A stretch of 64,000 nucleotides of DNA, from NCBI GenBank assembly GCA_963844715.1, contig CAWJPJ010000007.1, positions 1,280,001 to 1,344,000 on the forward strand, given 5' to 3'. Of this stretch, positions 31,297 to 41,356 are shown one piece after another. Positions within the stretch are counted from its first letter, which is position 1. Each line of letters opens with the position of its first letter. The notes under the pieces are model-generated. The model was not told the origin of the DNA. It made no database searches and saw nothing but the letters and a program-made list of their open reading frames with translations. The stretch is from an uncultured Phycisphaerales bacterium. GTDB taxonomy: Bacteria; Planctomycetota; Phycisphaerae; Tepidisphaerales; Tepidisphaeraceae. Both the position numbers and the translations under genes were made by a program.

Positions 31297-32319
31297 ATGA
31301 ACACGAGCAATGACAAAATCAAGATGCCGAAAACGCTGATGGAAGCCGTTAAGTATTTCGCGGTCTATGAAAACGCCCATGAGTTTTTCGTCAATGTCCG
31401 CTGGTCGAACGGCGTGGTCTGCCCACGGTGCGGATCGACCGAAGCCAACTATAATCCGAAGTATCGACGATTCCAGTGCAATCGAACCCACAACCTTCGG
31501 CAGTTCACGGTAAAAACCGGAACCGTCATGGAAGATTCGCCGCTAGGTCTGGACAAATGGGCCATCGCCTTTTGGTTGGAAGTCAACGCCAAGAATTCTA
31601 TTAGCAGTTGCGAGATTCACCGGGCGCTGGGGATTACTCAAAAGTCCGCGTGGTTCATGTTGCATCGCGTCCGTCACGCGCTACACGTCGGATCGTTCGA
31701 TAAGAAACTCTGCGGAACAATCGAAGCCGATGAAACCCTGGTGGGGGGACTTGCCAAGAACATGCACAAGAAACAGCGTGAAGCGCGAGTCCACGGCATG
31801 ACCGGCGGAACACACATGACTCCGGTCATGGGATTGCTTGAACGGCATAGCGGGAAAAAGCATAGCACTGTCCGCGCCACGGTTGTTCCGAACCGCCAAA
31901 AGGAAACTCTCCATGATGTAATTCACCGGAACGTCGAACCGGGTGCGCAGGTTTTCACGGACGCACTCATGGGATATCGCGGGATTGAATCGACTTTTGC
32001 CCACGATTTTGTTGACCACGCCGAAGCGTATGTCAAAGGCGCGGTTCATACGAACGGTTTGGAAAATTTCTGGGCGCTGTTCAAAAGGTGCATCAAGGGA
32101 ACGCACGTTTCGATTGAGCCATATCACCTTGCGGCTTATGTGGATTCCGAAGCCTACAGATTTAACCACCGAGAAACCGATGATTTCAATAGGTTTTTCG
32201 GCGCTCTTCGGGGCATTTCCGGCAAGCGACTGGATTATCGGACGCTGATCGGCAAAAATGACATGGAGCCGGATTCAGAAAACGGCAAGGGCGCGGGAAG
32301 CGTAACGCCCGACGCATAA
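31297..32319 (+). CDS. IS1595 family DDE transposase
   Basis: CPRC..FQC Zn ribbon; HTH (LGITQKSAWFMLHRVR); EADET, TD, HTNGLENFW, Y...RFN. Confidence 0.95.
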   Translation: MNTSNDKIKMPKTLMEAVKYFAVYENAHEFFVNVRWSNGVVCPRCGSTEANYNPKYRRFQCNRTHNLRQFTVKTGTVMEDSPLGLDKWAIAFWLEVNAKNSISSCEIHRALGITQKSAWFMLHRVRHALHVGSFDKKLCGTIEADETLVGGLAKNMHKKQREARVHGMTGGTHMTPVMGLLERHSGKKHSTVRATVVPNRQKETLHDVIHRNVEPGAQVFTDALMGYRGIESTFAHDFVDHAEAYVKGAVHTNGLENFWALFKRCIKGTHVSIEPYHLAAYVDSEAYRFNHRETDDFNRFFGALRGISGKRLDYRTLIGKNDMEPDSENGKGAGSVTPDA

Positions 32320-32333
32320 CAGAAACGGTCTAC

Positions 32334-33104
32334 ATGCCGAAACAAGTCACCTTCAGCACAAAGCGAACGGGGGGAAAGGTGACGGTGCGCGAGCTTATAG
32401 ACGTGCTAGGAAAGGCAATGAAATGGCTTCGCACCCTTGATCCAGATTCCCCCGTCGAATGGGAAGTCGTCAAGATAAAAATGGGTGAGCGGCTTAGCCT
32501 TACCTTTAATAATCCACAAGCCAACGGAGCAGTCACGAGCGGAATGGGTGAATTGCGTTCTCTCCAACAAAAAAGAAAACCGAAAATCGCGCCGAGACTC
32601 AGTAGTGCCGTTATTGAAAGCACGAGGGAATTAGCGCAAGTTTTGGGAACTGGCTTTGAATCCCTTATGATTTCCTCCCCCGGCGTTCGCGCTGTAAAGG
32701 TCACGCCCAATTTGGTCAATCGCGTGGCGGAACTTTCCAAACCAACTCCGGTTTTCCGAACGGAGTGGACGACGATTGAGGGCATAATGGATCAGGTAAC
32801 AGTCGAGACAGATAAATCTCGATTCAGGATATCCCATCCACTTACAGGTGAAGAAATAACTTGCACCTTCGATCAGGGAGTAGTTAATCTTGAAGATGTA
32901 AAAGAAGCGCTCCCGCATCGAGTTGCGGTATATGGTCGCGCGAGGTTGGATCGCATGGGCAAAACCACTTCCATCGAAGTGTCCAAACTTACCCAACTCC
33001 GCGATGAATCTGAATTTCCGCGGATCGCGTCGATGCCTAGCATTGATATAACCAGCGGGATGGACCCGGCTGATTATGTGGAAAGGGTAAGGGGTGGCGA
33101 GTAA
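32334..33104 (+). CDS. Hypothetical protein, putative large antitoxin partner of the PIN nuclease
   Basis: Overlaps the PIN gene by 11 nt; beta-rich C-terminal half; DITSGMDPADYVERVR tail resembles VapB-type tails. Confidence 0.65.
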   Translation: MPKQVTFSTKRTGGKVTVRELIDVLGKAMKWLRTLDPDSPVEWEVVKIKMGERLSLTFNNPQANGAVTSGMGELRSLQQKRKPKIAPRLSSAVIESTRELAQVLGTGFESLMISSPGVRAVKVTPNLVNRVAELSKPTPVFRTEWTTIEGIMDQVTVETDKSRFRISHPLTGEEITCTFDQGVVNLEDVKEALPHRVAVYGRARLDRMGKTTSIEVSKLTQLRDESEFPRIASMPSIDITSGMDPADYVERVRGGE

Positions 33105-33723
33105 TCTTCTACCTCAGATCGCGTGGGATTCCTGTATCGTCATCCATTTTTTAGAACAGACGCCAGGAAATTTTCCTGTAATTTTTCCAATCGCTAAAGA
33201 CGCGGAAGATAAAAAACTAAAGATCGTTGTGTCCATGCTCACGATTGCCGAAACGCTTCGATTGACGGGAACGTTATCGGCCGATCAGGAAACCATAATT
33301 TCTGATTTTTTTGAGCGTCCATTCGTACACCGCGAATCAGTCGGACTTTTCATTGCCGAACGCGCTCGGGACATTCGAAGAAAATATGAAGTGGACAGCG
33401 CCGACTCTATCCACATTGCGACAGCGGCGCAGACAAATAGCCAATTTTTCCTAACTTACGACGGAACGAAAAGAAGAAACAAAAAGCCACTTCTCAAGCT
33501 CGATCAACAGATTTTTCTTGCCGATGGTTCTCCCCTTCGGATCGTGACGCCGGAAGAGTATGATAATATTCAACGACTAAAGGCGCAACCGCTAGTGGCC
33601 TTGGCGACCGATACGACCGTGACTCCAGAAACGCCGGCAGCGCAAGCAGTCGAACCGCAAACGCCAGTCGCGCAACCAGAGACAGAAAAACCTTCCGCAG
33701 ACGCCGGAAATATCAATGGCTGA
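33094..33723 (+). CDS. PIN domain (VapC-like) ribonuclease
   Basis: WDSCIVI, SMLTIAE, DSIHIATA, FLTYD acidic PIN motifs. Confidence 0.88.
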   Translation: MASNLLPQIAWDSCIVIHFLEQTPGNFPVIFPIAKDAEDKKLKIVVSMLTIAETLRLTGTLSADQETIISDFFERPFVHRESVGLFIAERARDIRRKYEVDSADSIHIATAAQTNSQFFLTYDGTKRRNKKPLLKLDQQIFLADGSPLRIVTPEEYDNIQRLKAQPLVALATDTTVTPETPAAQAVEPQTPVAQPETEKPSADAGNING

Positions 33724-33822
33724 AAACACCCTCTTCGTCGAAGTCTCTGAAAAAACTATCCCGGTGAAAGATGATTCTCGGCATCGACGCATGAGGCGCG
33801 GTATAATGCAACTGGAGAACAC

Positions 33823-33986
33823 ATGAAACAATCCCACCACAAGACAGCGAATGACGTATTAGTGACAGATGGCGCAGCAGCCATGCGGAAAACGATTCTC
33901 GCGGCACGCGGGGCGTGGCCGTGCCAAAGTCAAAAATCGACGCGGAGATGGCGAAGGAAAAGTCGGGACGATCTAAGCGAAAGTGA
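33823..33986 (+). CDS. Small basic protein at the IS right end (probable 1-nt frameshift ~33915)
   Basis: TATAAT and GGAG upstream; restored frame ...AARGALAVPKSKIDAEMAKEKSGRSKRK*. Confidence 0.5.
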
Positions 33987-34051
33987 ATCGGGGCGCGTTA
34001 GGATTTCCGGCAGATCGGCAGCGTGAGTTGGCAAGTATATAATTACCCAAA

Positions 34052-35026
34052 TTAGGGCCAGAGGGGCGTGCCTTCCAAACCGGCGGTTTCCGGTAATCCA
34101 CACATCAGATTGGCATTCTGCACAGCCTGCCCGGCGGCGCCTTTGCCGAGGTTGTCGATCGCGCCAAGAGCGACGATCGACCCATCCCCGGCCGAGGCGT
34201 AGGAAACGAACGCCAGATTCGAGCCGGTGGCCCATTTGGTATGCGGCGGCTGTTCCGACACACGCACGAAAGCGCGCCCGGCGTAAAACTTCCGTGCGGC
34301 GGCGAAGCATTGCTCGGTTGTGGCTTGTCCGCGCAGGTAGCATGTGGCCAGGATTCCGCGCGTCATGGGGATTAGATGGGGTGTGAAAATAATTTGCGCG
34401 GCCTTATCGCCGAGGAGAGACTGGGTCGTTGCGGCGATTTCGGGGACGTGAACGTGTTTGAGCAGGCCGTACGCTGAAACGTCTTCATTCACTTCGGCAA
34501 AGCCGAGCTTGGATTCCCCACCGCGCCCTGCGCCGCTGACCCCGCTCTTGGCGTCGATGATGATCGGCGAATCCGCGGCGACGATTTTTGCCGCCAGCAA
34601 CGGAGCGATCGCAATCAGCGACGCCGAGGGATAACACCCCGGATTCGAGACGCGATTGGCTCCACGAATCTTCTCCGGCCAGACATCCGCCAGACCGTAA
34701 ACCCAGCCGTCGGCGTACCGATGATCGCCGCCAATATCGACGATTTTGACATTCGATCCCAAGCCTTCGAATGCTCCGCGCGAGGCACCCGTCGGGAGGG
34801 ACGCGAACAGCAAATCGAGGTTTTTCTGGCTCTGGGGATTCCAGGTTTCGATGGTGAGGTTTGCGAGTTTCGAATGAACCCCCGGATACCGCTCAACTAG
34901 CTTCTTCCCGGCGGAGGTTTCGCCGGAAACATGAACGACTTCAAAATTGGGATGGGTTGAGCAGAGGCGGAGGATTTCCCCGCCGCCATAGCCGCCTACA
35001 CCGAGGATTCCAACGCGAATGCCCAT
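34052..35026 (-). CDS. argC: N-acetyl-gamma-glutamyl-phosphate reductase
   Basis: GYGG, SNPGCY, SGVSGAGR, AIDNLGKGAAGQAVQNAN. Confidence 0.95.
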   Translation of the reverse strand: MGIRVGILGVGGYGGGEILRLCSTHPNFEVVHVSGETSAGKKLVERYPGVHSKLANLTIETWNPQSQKNLDLLFASLPTGASRGAFEGLGSNVKIVDIGGDHRYADGWVYGLADVWPEKIRGANRVSNPGCYPSASLIAIAPLLAAKIVAADSPIIIDAKSGVSGAGRGGESKLGFAEVNEDVSAYGLLKHVHVPEIAATTQSLLGDKAAQIIFTPHLIPMTRGILATCYLRGQATTEQCFAAARKFYAGRAFVRVSEQPPHTKWATGSNLAFVSYASAGDGSIVALGAIDNLGKGAAGQAVQNANLMCGLPETAGLEGTPLWP

Positions 35027-35058
35027 CCCCCAAGGATATCCAAAAACCGCACCGCCTT

Positions 35059-35307
35059 CTATTGATTCGCCAACTGCTTGTTCGCGTCATCCAGCTTCTG
35101 TTGCGCGTCCTGGGCTTCCTGCTGGTATTTGGCCGCAGCGTTCGGATCGTCAGTTGCAAAGCGATGAATGAGGTCCACTTTCGCTTGGGCGACTTCCTTT
35201 TGGATGCGGAGATCGAGGTTCTGCGCTTCCTGGGGATGATGTACGCCCCAGGCCATTCCTATTCCGGCGCCGACAACAAAAATGACGAGATGCGTGATGA
35301 GTTTCAC
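35059..35307 (-). CDS. Small membrane-anchored coiled-coil hypothetical protein
   Basis: GGAGG RBS; N-terminal hydrophobic helix; Q/K/A-rich helices. Confidence 0.65.
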   Translation of the reverse strand: MKLITHLVIFVVGAGIGMAWGVHHPQEAQNLDLRIQKEVAQAKVDLIHRFATDDPNAAAKYQQEAQDAQQKLDDANKQLANQ

Positions 35308-35347
35308 GGCCGGACCTCCCGCGATTTAGAGCCGCCCTTGGCTCGGA

Positions 35348-36596
35348 TTACTTAATGACCGGCAGCGAGACGCCCCGCTCGCTTTCGATCTTTTCCCAGC
35401 CGCTGCCCACTTCGCCGACGGGGTCGGGGGGAAGAATGTCCACTTTCTTCTCGCCGAGTTTGGCCCGGCCGGCTTTGACTTCCTGCTCGAATTTCCTGCA
35501 TTCTTCGAGCAACTTCTCCAAAATGTCCTCTTCGGGCACGTTGGCGACGCGCTGCCCTTGCACGTAGATGATCCCCTTGCGATCGCCGGCGAAAATCGCG
35601 ATGTCGGCCCCTTCGCATTCGCCGGGGCCGTTGACCACGCAGCCCATGACGGCGACTTTAATGGGCAGGGAAATTTCCTTGGACAGTTGTTTCCGCACGT
35701 CCTGAACCAGCTTGAAGAGATCGACCTGAATCCGCCCGCAGGTGGGGCAGGCGATCAGTTCCGCGCCGACTCTTGTGCGCAGACCCAGGACGTATAGGAG
35801 TTCCAAACCGTCTTCAACTTCGTACACGGGATCGTTCGCGTAGCTGATTCGGAGAGTATCGCCGATGCCGGTACAAAGTAGATGGCCCAGGGGGACGACG
35901 GAACGGATGGTTCCGGTTTCCTTCGGGCCGGCATGCGTGACGCCGAGGTGCAGCGGGTAATCGAATCGCTGGCTGATTTCCTTATACGCGGCGATCACCA
36001 GTTCTGGGTCGATGCTCTTGGCGCTGATGACAATGTCGTGAAAGTCTTCCTCGTGGAAAATTTCGAGATATTCCTCGAGTTTGGTGACCATGATAGCCAG
36101 CAGATGGCCGTGTTTGTTGTTGGAGAAGACGCCGCCGAGTTCCTTCATGCGGCGCTGCTTATCCCGGCGTTCGACGATCGACCCTTCATTGACGCCGACA
36201 CGGATGGGGATTTTTTTGGCTTTACAGGCCTGGATGACGTCTTTCACCTGGGCCCGGTCGTTGATGTTGCCGGGGTTGAGGCGGATTTTGTGAATCCCCG
36301 CCTCGATGGCTTCCAGGGCGCTGAAAGTGGAAGTGAACGTCCGCGACGATGGGGACCGACACACGCGGGAGGATTTCCTTCAGGGCCGCCGTGTCTTTTC
36401 GCTCCGGAACCGCGACCCGGACGAAATCGGCACCGGCGGTGGCGAGTTTGTTGATCTCCGCGACGCATTTATCGATTTCATGCGTGTACACGCTGGTCAT
36501 CGATTGGACGGAGACCGGCGAATCGCCCCCGATTCCCACGAAACCATGTTTTTCATCGCCCAGAACGACTTTTCGCGTTTTACGACGGGAAATCAT
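35348..36596 (-). CDS. ispG: (E)-4-hydroxy-3-methylbut-2-enyl-diphosphate synthase (frameshift ~36318)
   Basis: VSVQSMT, VADVHF, RLNPGN, GIGDTLRIS, CPTCGR, AVMGCVVNGPGE. Confidence 0.95.
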
Positions 36597-36753
36597 GGGC
36601 GAAATGCTACGTGCCGGAGCGGGGGAAATCAAACCTATTCGGGGCGGCCTGGGGACCCGAAGGTCTCATAACTTTTGGCGGCTTCATGGCTAACTTCCCG
36701 ACGCCGGGGACTGTCTGTCTAATGGGTGGCGCTTCGCGGAGGCTCCCATCGCA

Positions 36754-37952
36754 ATGCGCGCGTCAATTCTCATACTTTTAAACCTCCTCCTTTGCGTGCC
36801 TGCCATGGCGGACGACCCGCAGGCTCTCGTCGCGGCGGCGGCCGCCAGCGCGGTCTACAACCTGAACAGCGATATCTCCGCCGAATCCATCCGCCCGAAT
36901 CTGACGGTCAACTCGTTTCTGGACAAAACCGATTCCCATCCGCAGCTTTTGGCGCTTCTCCGGCAGGCGCAGCAGATCGGGGGCCCGCGATGGATCGATG
37001 CGCAGACATGCCAGATACGCATGGATATTCCCGCCTCGACCGTGCGCGCGGAGCTGAAGCAGATTGCGGCTGGCAACACGCAGACGACGCCGATCAGCCC
37101 GGATGAACTATCCAGCGATCTGAAATCGTGGGATGCCCGGGTTTTTTCGGCCACGGGGACCAGCACCGGTTCGATCGACCAGATTCGCCCGCCGGTCGGC
37201 GCGCCCGCCTGGGCGGATGCATCCCAGCAGGAGATTCAGCAGGACGTATCCGCGGCGCGGCAAGATGCGGCGAATCGAATTCTGGCCAGCATTCAGGGGG
37301 TCGCGCTGGCGGGCGGAAAAACGGTCGGGGACGCCTTGGCGATTCCGGCGGTAGGGCATGCGATGAACGATTGGATCGTTCCGCAGCCGATTACTCTGGT
37401 CGAGTTCCGAGATGATCGTCAGATCGGCGTGACACTGGCGGTCTCGGCGCCGGGATTCGTGGAAAAACTTCAATCGGTCCTGACGGGTCGGACCGATTTG
37501 CCGTTGCCGGCCGACGAGCGTGCCTGGAGCGGCGTGGCCGATGCCATTTCCCGGCAGATGGCCGCGCCGGTTGGGCACGGTGGGGCGGCATCGGTCGCAC
37601 CAACTTCCGAACCCGAGCGTTTTGTCCTCCCCGACCCACCCCCCGACTGGATCTTCCGACAGCTCGACGCCTCGGCAACCGCCACCGCCGATTCACCCCT
37701 CCACGCCGCCCGCGCCGCTGAGCTTGCCGCTACGGACAACCTTCGGCAGCAAATCGAGCACCTTCCCGTCGGCACGGGCCACACCCTTCGCGACATCTCG
37801 GCGTCCCACCCTCGCTTCGCCGCCGCGATCGACCGCACCCTGGCCCGCATGCCCATGTTTATAGCGTGGATTATCAAACAGACGGATCGGCGAGCGTGCG
37901 CATCTCATTGGATTTGCAAGACCTGTGGCAGATGCTGTGGCTGGCCCAGTAA
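36754..37952 (+). CDS. Secreted hypothetical protein (frameshift ~37850)
   Basis: Signal peptide; repeated A..AA..NL segments; restored C-terminus HVYSVDYQTDGSASVRISLDLQDLWQML. Confidence 0.6.
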
Positions 37953-38071
37953 TCGGATCGCTGTGCCCCTTTCTGCTCTGCCGCGCATGACCGGGGGAGG
38001 AGAATATGCGGCGAGAATATCTCAGGGCCAATATCGTTTAAACTTACGTGGGTTTAAACGAGGGTTCGGCC

Positions 38072-38509
38072 ATGCGGCTCAATAATTCCATTTCTATTTG
38101 GGTTTCGGTTCTTTGCGCGATGGTTGCGGTCTATCTACCCGCCGGTTCGGCCAAGGGGGATGCCACTACGCAGCCCAGCGGGTCGATCACAGTTCACGTG
38201 GTTGGTCAGGACAGCAAGCCGGTTGCCGGGGCGACCGTGTTGCTGATAAAGGGCGGCGAATTTCATCATCGCGATCCGGCTTCCCAGCCGACCGATCCGC
38301 CTGCCGGCGGGCATCGCACGCCGCCCCCTTCCATTGCCCAGGGTACGACCGACGACAGCGGTACGTTCGTGTTCGACAATGTCCCGCATGGCCAATACGG
38401 CGTGCTGGCGATGCTCCATCACGTCGGGCACGGGCATATGCGCGTCGAGCTTTCGGGCGATTCGGCGACCGTGACCATCACGCTCCAGCCGCCGCATTCG
38501 CAGCAGTGA
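38072..38509 (+). CDS. Secreted carboxypeptidase-regulatory-like domain protein
   Basis: GSITVHVVG..KPVAGATV...TTDDSGTFVFDNVPHGQY. Confidence 0.75.
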   Translation: MRLNNSISIWVSVLCAMVAVYLPAGSAKGDATTQPSGSITVHVVGQDSKPVAGATVLLIKGGEFHHRDPASQPTDPPAGGHRTPPPSIAQGTTDDSGTFVFDNVPHGQYGVLAMLHHVGHGHMRVELSGDSATVTITLQPPHSQQ

Positions 38510-38512
38510 CGG

Positions 38513-39157
38513 TTATTTCCGCGCGAGGGCCTCGGCGACATAGGGATTGTAATCCGCCTGCGCCTGCAAGATGGTGGCTTCTCCATGGCCGGTGAGAAGG
38601 TGCGTGTCGCCGGGGAGTTTCATGACCTTGCGGATCGAGTCGTAGAGATCAGCTTCGTTTGAATCCGGCAAATCCGTGCGCCCGACGGCGTTCATGATAA
38701 TCAAGTCGCCGCCAATCAGAATTTTTTGATCGGGAAAATGGTACATGACGTGGCCGGGCGAATGGCCCGGGGTGTAAATCACTCGCACTTTCAGGGAGCC
38801 GATGGAGAGTTCCTGCCCGTCTTCAACAAACCCGTCGGCATGGCGCGAGGGGATCTCAAAAGGCAATGTGAAAAATCGGGTGGTGGGTTGAATCAATTTC
38901 GGTTCGTCGAGTTTGTGCATCAGAATTTTGGCGGCGGGGAATTGGGCGGTGACCACCGCGTGATCGGCCACATGATCGAAGTGGCCGTGCGTGAGCCAAA
39001 GACCGATTAAATCCCACCCGCGCTTCTTGGCTTCTTCCAGAAGCGGCGCGGTGGTGTGGTCCGGGGCGTCGAAGAGAACGGCTTTGCCGCTCGATTCATC
39101 GGCGATCAGATAACAATTGGTCGCGGCGATTCCGCCGTTGTTGCGAAGGATTTGCAT
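38513..39157 (-). CDS. MBL-fold metallo-hydrolase (glyoxalase II-like)
   Basis: THGHFDH, TPGHSPG, GRTDLP, GHG. Confidence 0.92.
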   Translation of the reverse strand: MQILRNNGGIAATNCYLIADESSGKAVLFDAPDHTTAPLLEEAKKRGWDLIGLWLTHGHFDHVADHAVVTAQFPAAKILMHKLDEPKLIQPTTRFFTLPFEIPSRHADGFVEDGQELSIGSLKVRVIYTPGHSPGHVMYHFPDQKILIGGDLIIMNAVGRTDLPDSNEADLYDSIRKVMKLPGDTHLLTGHGEATILQAQADYNPYVAEALARK

Positions 39158-39160
39158 AAA

Positions 39161-40182
39161 TTACTCGAAGCTAAGGCCGATTTGTTTTCGGATTTCGTCC
39201 AGCACGCGCATGTTGCCGATGGAATCCTCCCGGGTGACCCGCGGCGGCCAGCCGCTGCGGATGGAATTGGCAAAATCGTCTGCTTCAACCGCATACAGTT
39301 CCGCCCGCGCGTTGACCCAGTGAATTACCCGGGGCGGTTTGGCGGCCCGATGGGCAGCGCCGCCGTCCATTTTAGGCGGCGTTCCCTGCGTGACGATGAA
39401 TTTCGCCTTGGGGCGCGGCTTCCAAGGTATTGGGATTTCAATAAATCCCTCGTCGCCGCATAGATAGGCGGTGTTGTCCGCCTGGGTCGCGAGGCCGCAA
39501 ACGAATTGTGCGATTAACCCGCTGGGAAAGCGCAGCGTGGCGGCCGTGATTTCGTCGACGCCGCTGGAATGAAATTGCGCGACGGCTGCGATGGATTGCG
39601 GCTCGGCGCCGGCGAATAATCTGGCGAAGTTGACGCAGTAACATCCGACATCCATGAGCGCGCCCCCGCCCAACTGCCGGGCGAAGCGGACGTTCCCATC
39701 GATTCTTCGGGTACGAAAGCAGAAGCTCGCGCGGATCAGCCGCAAATGCCCGATCGCCCCGTCGGCGACCGCCTGCACCGCCGCCGCGGTAGCCGGGTGG
39801 CAGCGGTACATGAACGCCTCCATCAACGTGCGGCCGGATTTTGGGCCTCGTCGAACATCCGCTCGGCCTCGGGGGCGTTCATGCCCAGCGGCTTTTCGCA
39901 CAAGACGTGCTTGCCCCCCCGCAGCGCCTGGATTGTCCAATGCGCGTGCAGCGAATTGGGAAGGGCGACATAAACGGCGTCGACGCTGGGGTCCGCGATG
40001 AGCGATTCGTAGCTCCCGTGGGCGTGGGGAATGTGGCAAAGCTTGGCGAAGTCGCGGGCGGCGGATTCGGTGCGCGATCCAACAGCGGTTGGGTGCGTGT
40101 GGCGGGAGCCTTTGATGCCGAGACAGAACTGCCGCGCGATGTTTCCTGTGCCAAGAATTCCCCAGCGCAGCGGACCGGTCAT
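39161..40182 (-). CDS. Gfo/Idh/MocA oxidoreductase (frameshift ~39840)
   Basis: WGILGTGNIA, GKHVLCEKP, GGGALMDVGCY. Confidence 0.9.
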
Positions 40183-40221
40183 GGCGGACCAATGTAGCCG
40201 CCGGTTAAACTTGAGCCAATC

Positions 40222-41304
40222 GTGGCGGCGCGGATTCTGCTTTTGATGACGGACTTGGAAATCGGCGGCACGCCGACGGTGGTGCGGGAATTGGCGATTC
40301 GTTTAGCGCGCTCCGGGGCATACGTTCATGTCGCGGGCCTGGACCGGTGGGGCCCCGTGGGGGACCAATTGAGGGAGCGGCGCATCGACGCGACGGCCCT
40401 GGACGCGCGCTCGCCGTCCGACGTGACGGCGATCGTGCGATTGATCGAGCTGATCCACCTTCGCAAAATCGGCACGGTTTTCAGCTTTTTGCTTCACGCC
40501 AACGCGGCTGCGGCGCTGTGCCGGCCGTTGTTTCCGACGGTCCGGTTCGTCCAGTCGATCCAGACGACGCAGCCTTACCCGAGATGGCATTGGACCGTTC
40601 AGCGCATCGTTCAGTGGGTTGCCGAGAAGGTGGTCGTGCCGTCGCCCTCGGCGGCGCGAGCAGCGCGGCGGTTTGCGGGCGTGCCGGAGAGGAAGATCGT
40701 GGTCATTCCCAACGCCGTGGAGCCGGCGGATTTTCAGCGAGCCTCGGGTCGCTCGGGCGGAAACATCGGATTCATCGGGCGGCTTGATCCAATTAAACGC
40801 GTCACCCGCCTGGTGCAGGCGATGACGCTCCTTGAGCCGGGGATCTGCCTGCACATTTTTGGGGATGGGGAAGACCGCGGGCGGATCGAGTCGGAAATCG
40901 CGCGGCTGAATCTGCAAAGCCGCGTGATTCTGCACGGCACGGTGACCGCCGTCGCCGCGGCGCTGGCGACGCTGGACCTGCTGGTTCTCCCCTCGGCGGC
41001 GGAGGGATTCGGGCTGGTTTTGATCGAAGCGATGGCGGCGGGCGTCCCGGTCGTCGCGACCGACGTTCCGGGGATACGTGATGTGGTCACGGATGGCGCG
41101 AATGGGATTCTGACCAGCACCCACGATCTCCGCTCGCTGGCCGGCGCAATTCGGCTCGGGCTGGGGGATGAGGAGCTGCGCGAGAAACTGATCGATGGGG
41201 GCCGAGCGGCGGTGGCGGAGCGATTTAATTGGGACGTCGTCTTCAAACAATATGAATCGCTTTTGCTGCCCGGGAAACAACCCCCTCCCCAGCCCTCCCC
41301 CTGA
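40222..41304 (+). CDS. Glycosyltransferase family 4
   Basis: GRLDPIKR, EGFGLVLIEAMAAGVPVVATDVPG. Confidence 0.92.
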   Translation: MAARILLLMTDLEIGGTPTVVRELAIRLARSGAYVHVAGLDRWGPVGDQLRERRIDATALDARSPSDVTAIVRLIELIHLRKIGTVFSFLLHANAAAALCRPLFPTVRFVQSIQTTQPYPRWHWTVQRIVQWVAEKVVVPSPSAARAARRFAGVPERKIVVIPNAVEPADFQRASGRSGGNIGFIGRLDPIKRVTRLVQAMTLLEPGICLHIFGDGEDRGRIESEIARLNLQSRVILHGTVTAVAAALATLDLLVLPSAAEGFGLVLIEAMAAGVPVVATDVPGIRDVVTDGANGILTSTHDLRSLAGAIRLGLGDEELREKLIDGGRAAVAERFNWDVVFKQYESLLLPGKQPPPQPSP

Positions 41305-41320
41305 GTACATGGGGAGGGAG
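41293..41320. repeat. REP-like hairpin CCCTCCCC-CTGAGTACAT-GGGGAGGG
   Basis: 8-bp stem between convergent genes; related copy at 27697. Confidence 0.65.
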
Positions 41321-41356
41321 AAATGCGGGCCGCCGCCGCCTGGGTGCGAATGTCGG

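Larger units (their letters stand above)
31249..34047 (+). mobile_element. IS1595-family element with passenger genes
   Basis: 23-bp TIRs (31249-31271 and 34025-34047, 2 mismatches); 8-bp direct repeat CAAATTAG at 31241-31248 and 34048-34055. Confidence 0.95.
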
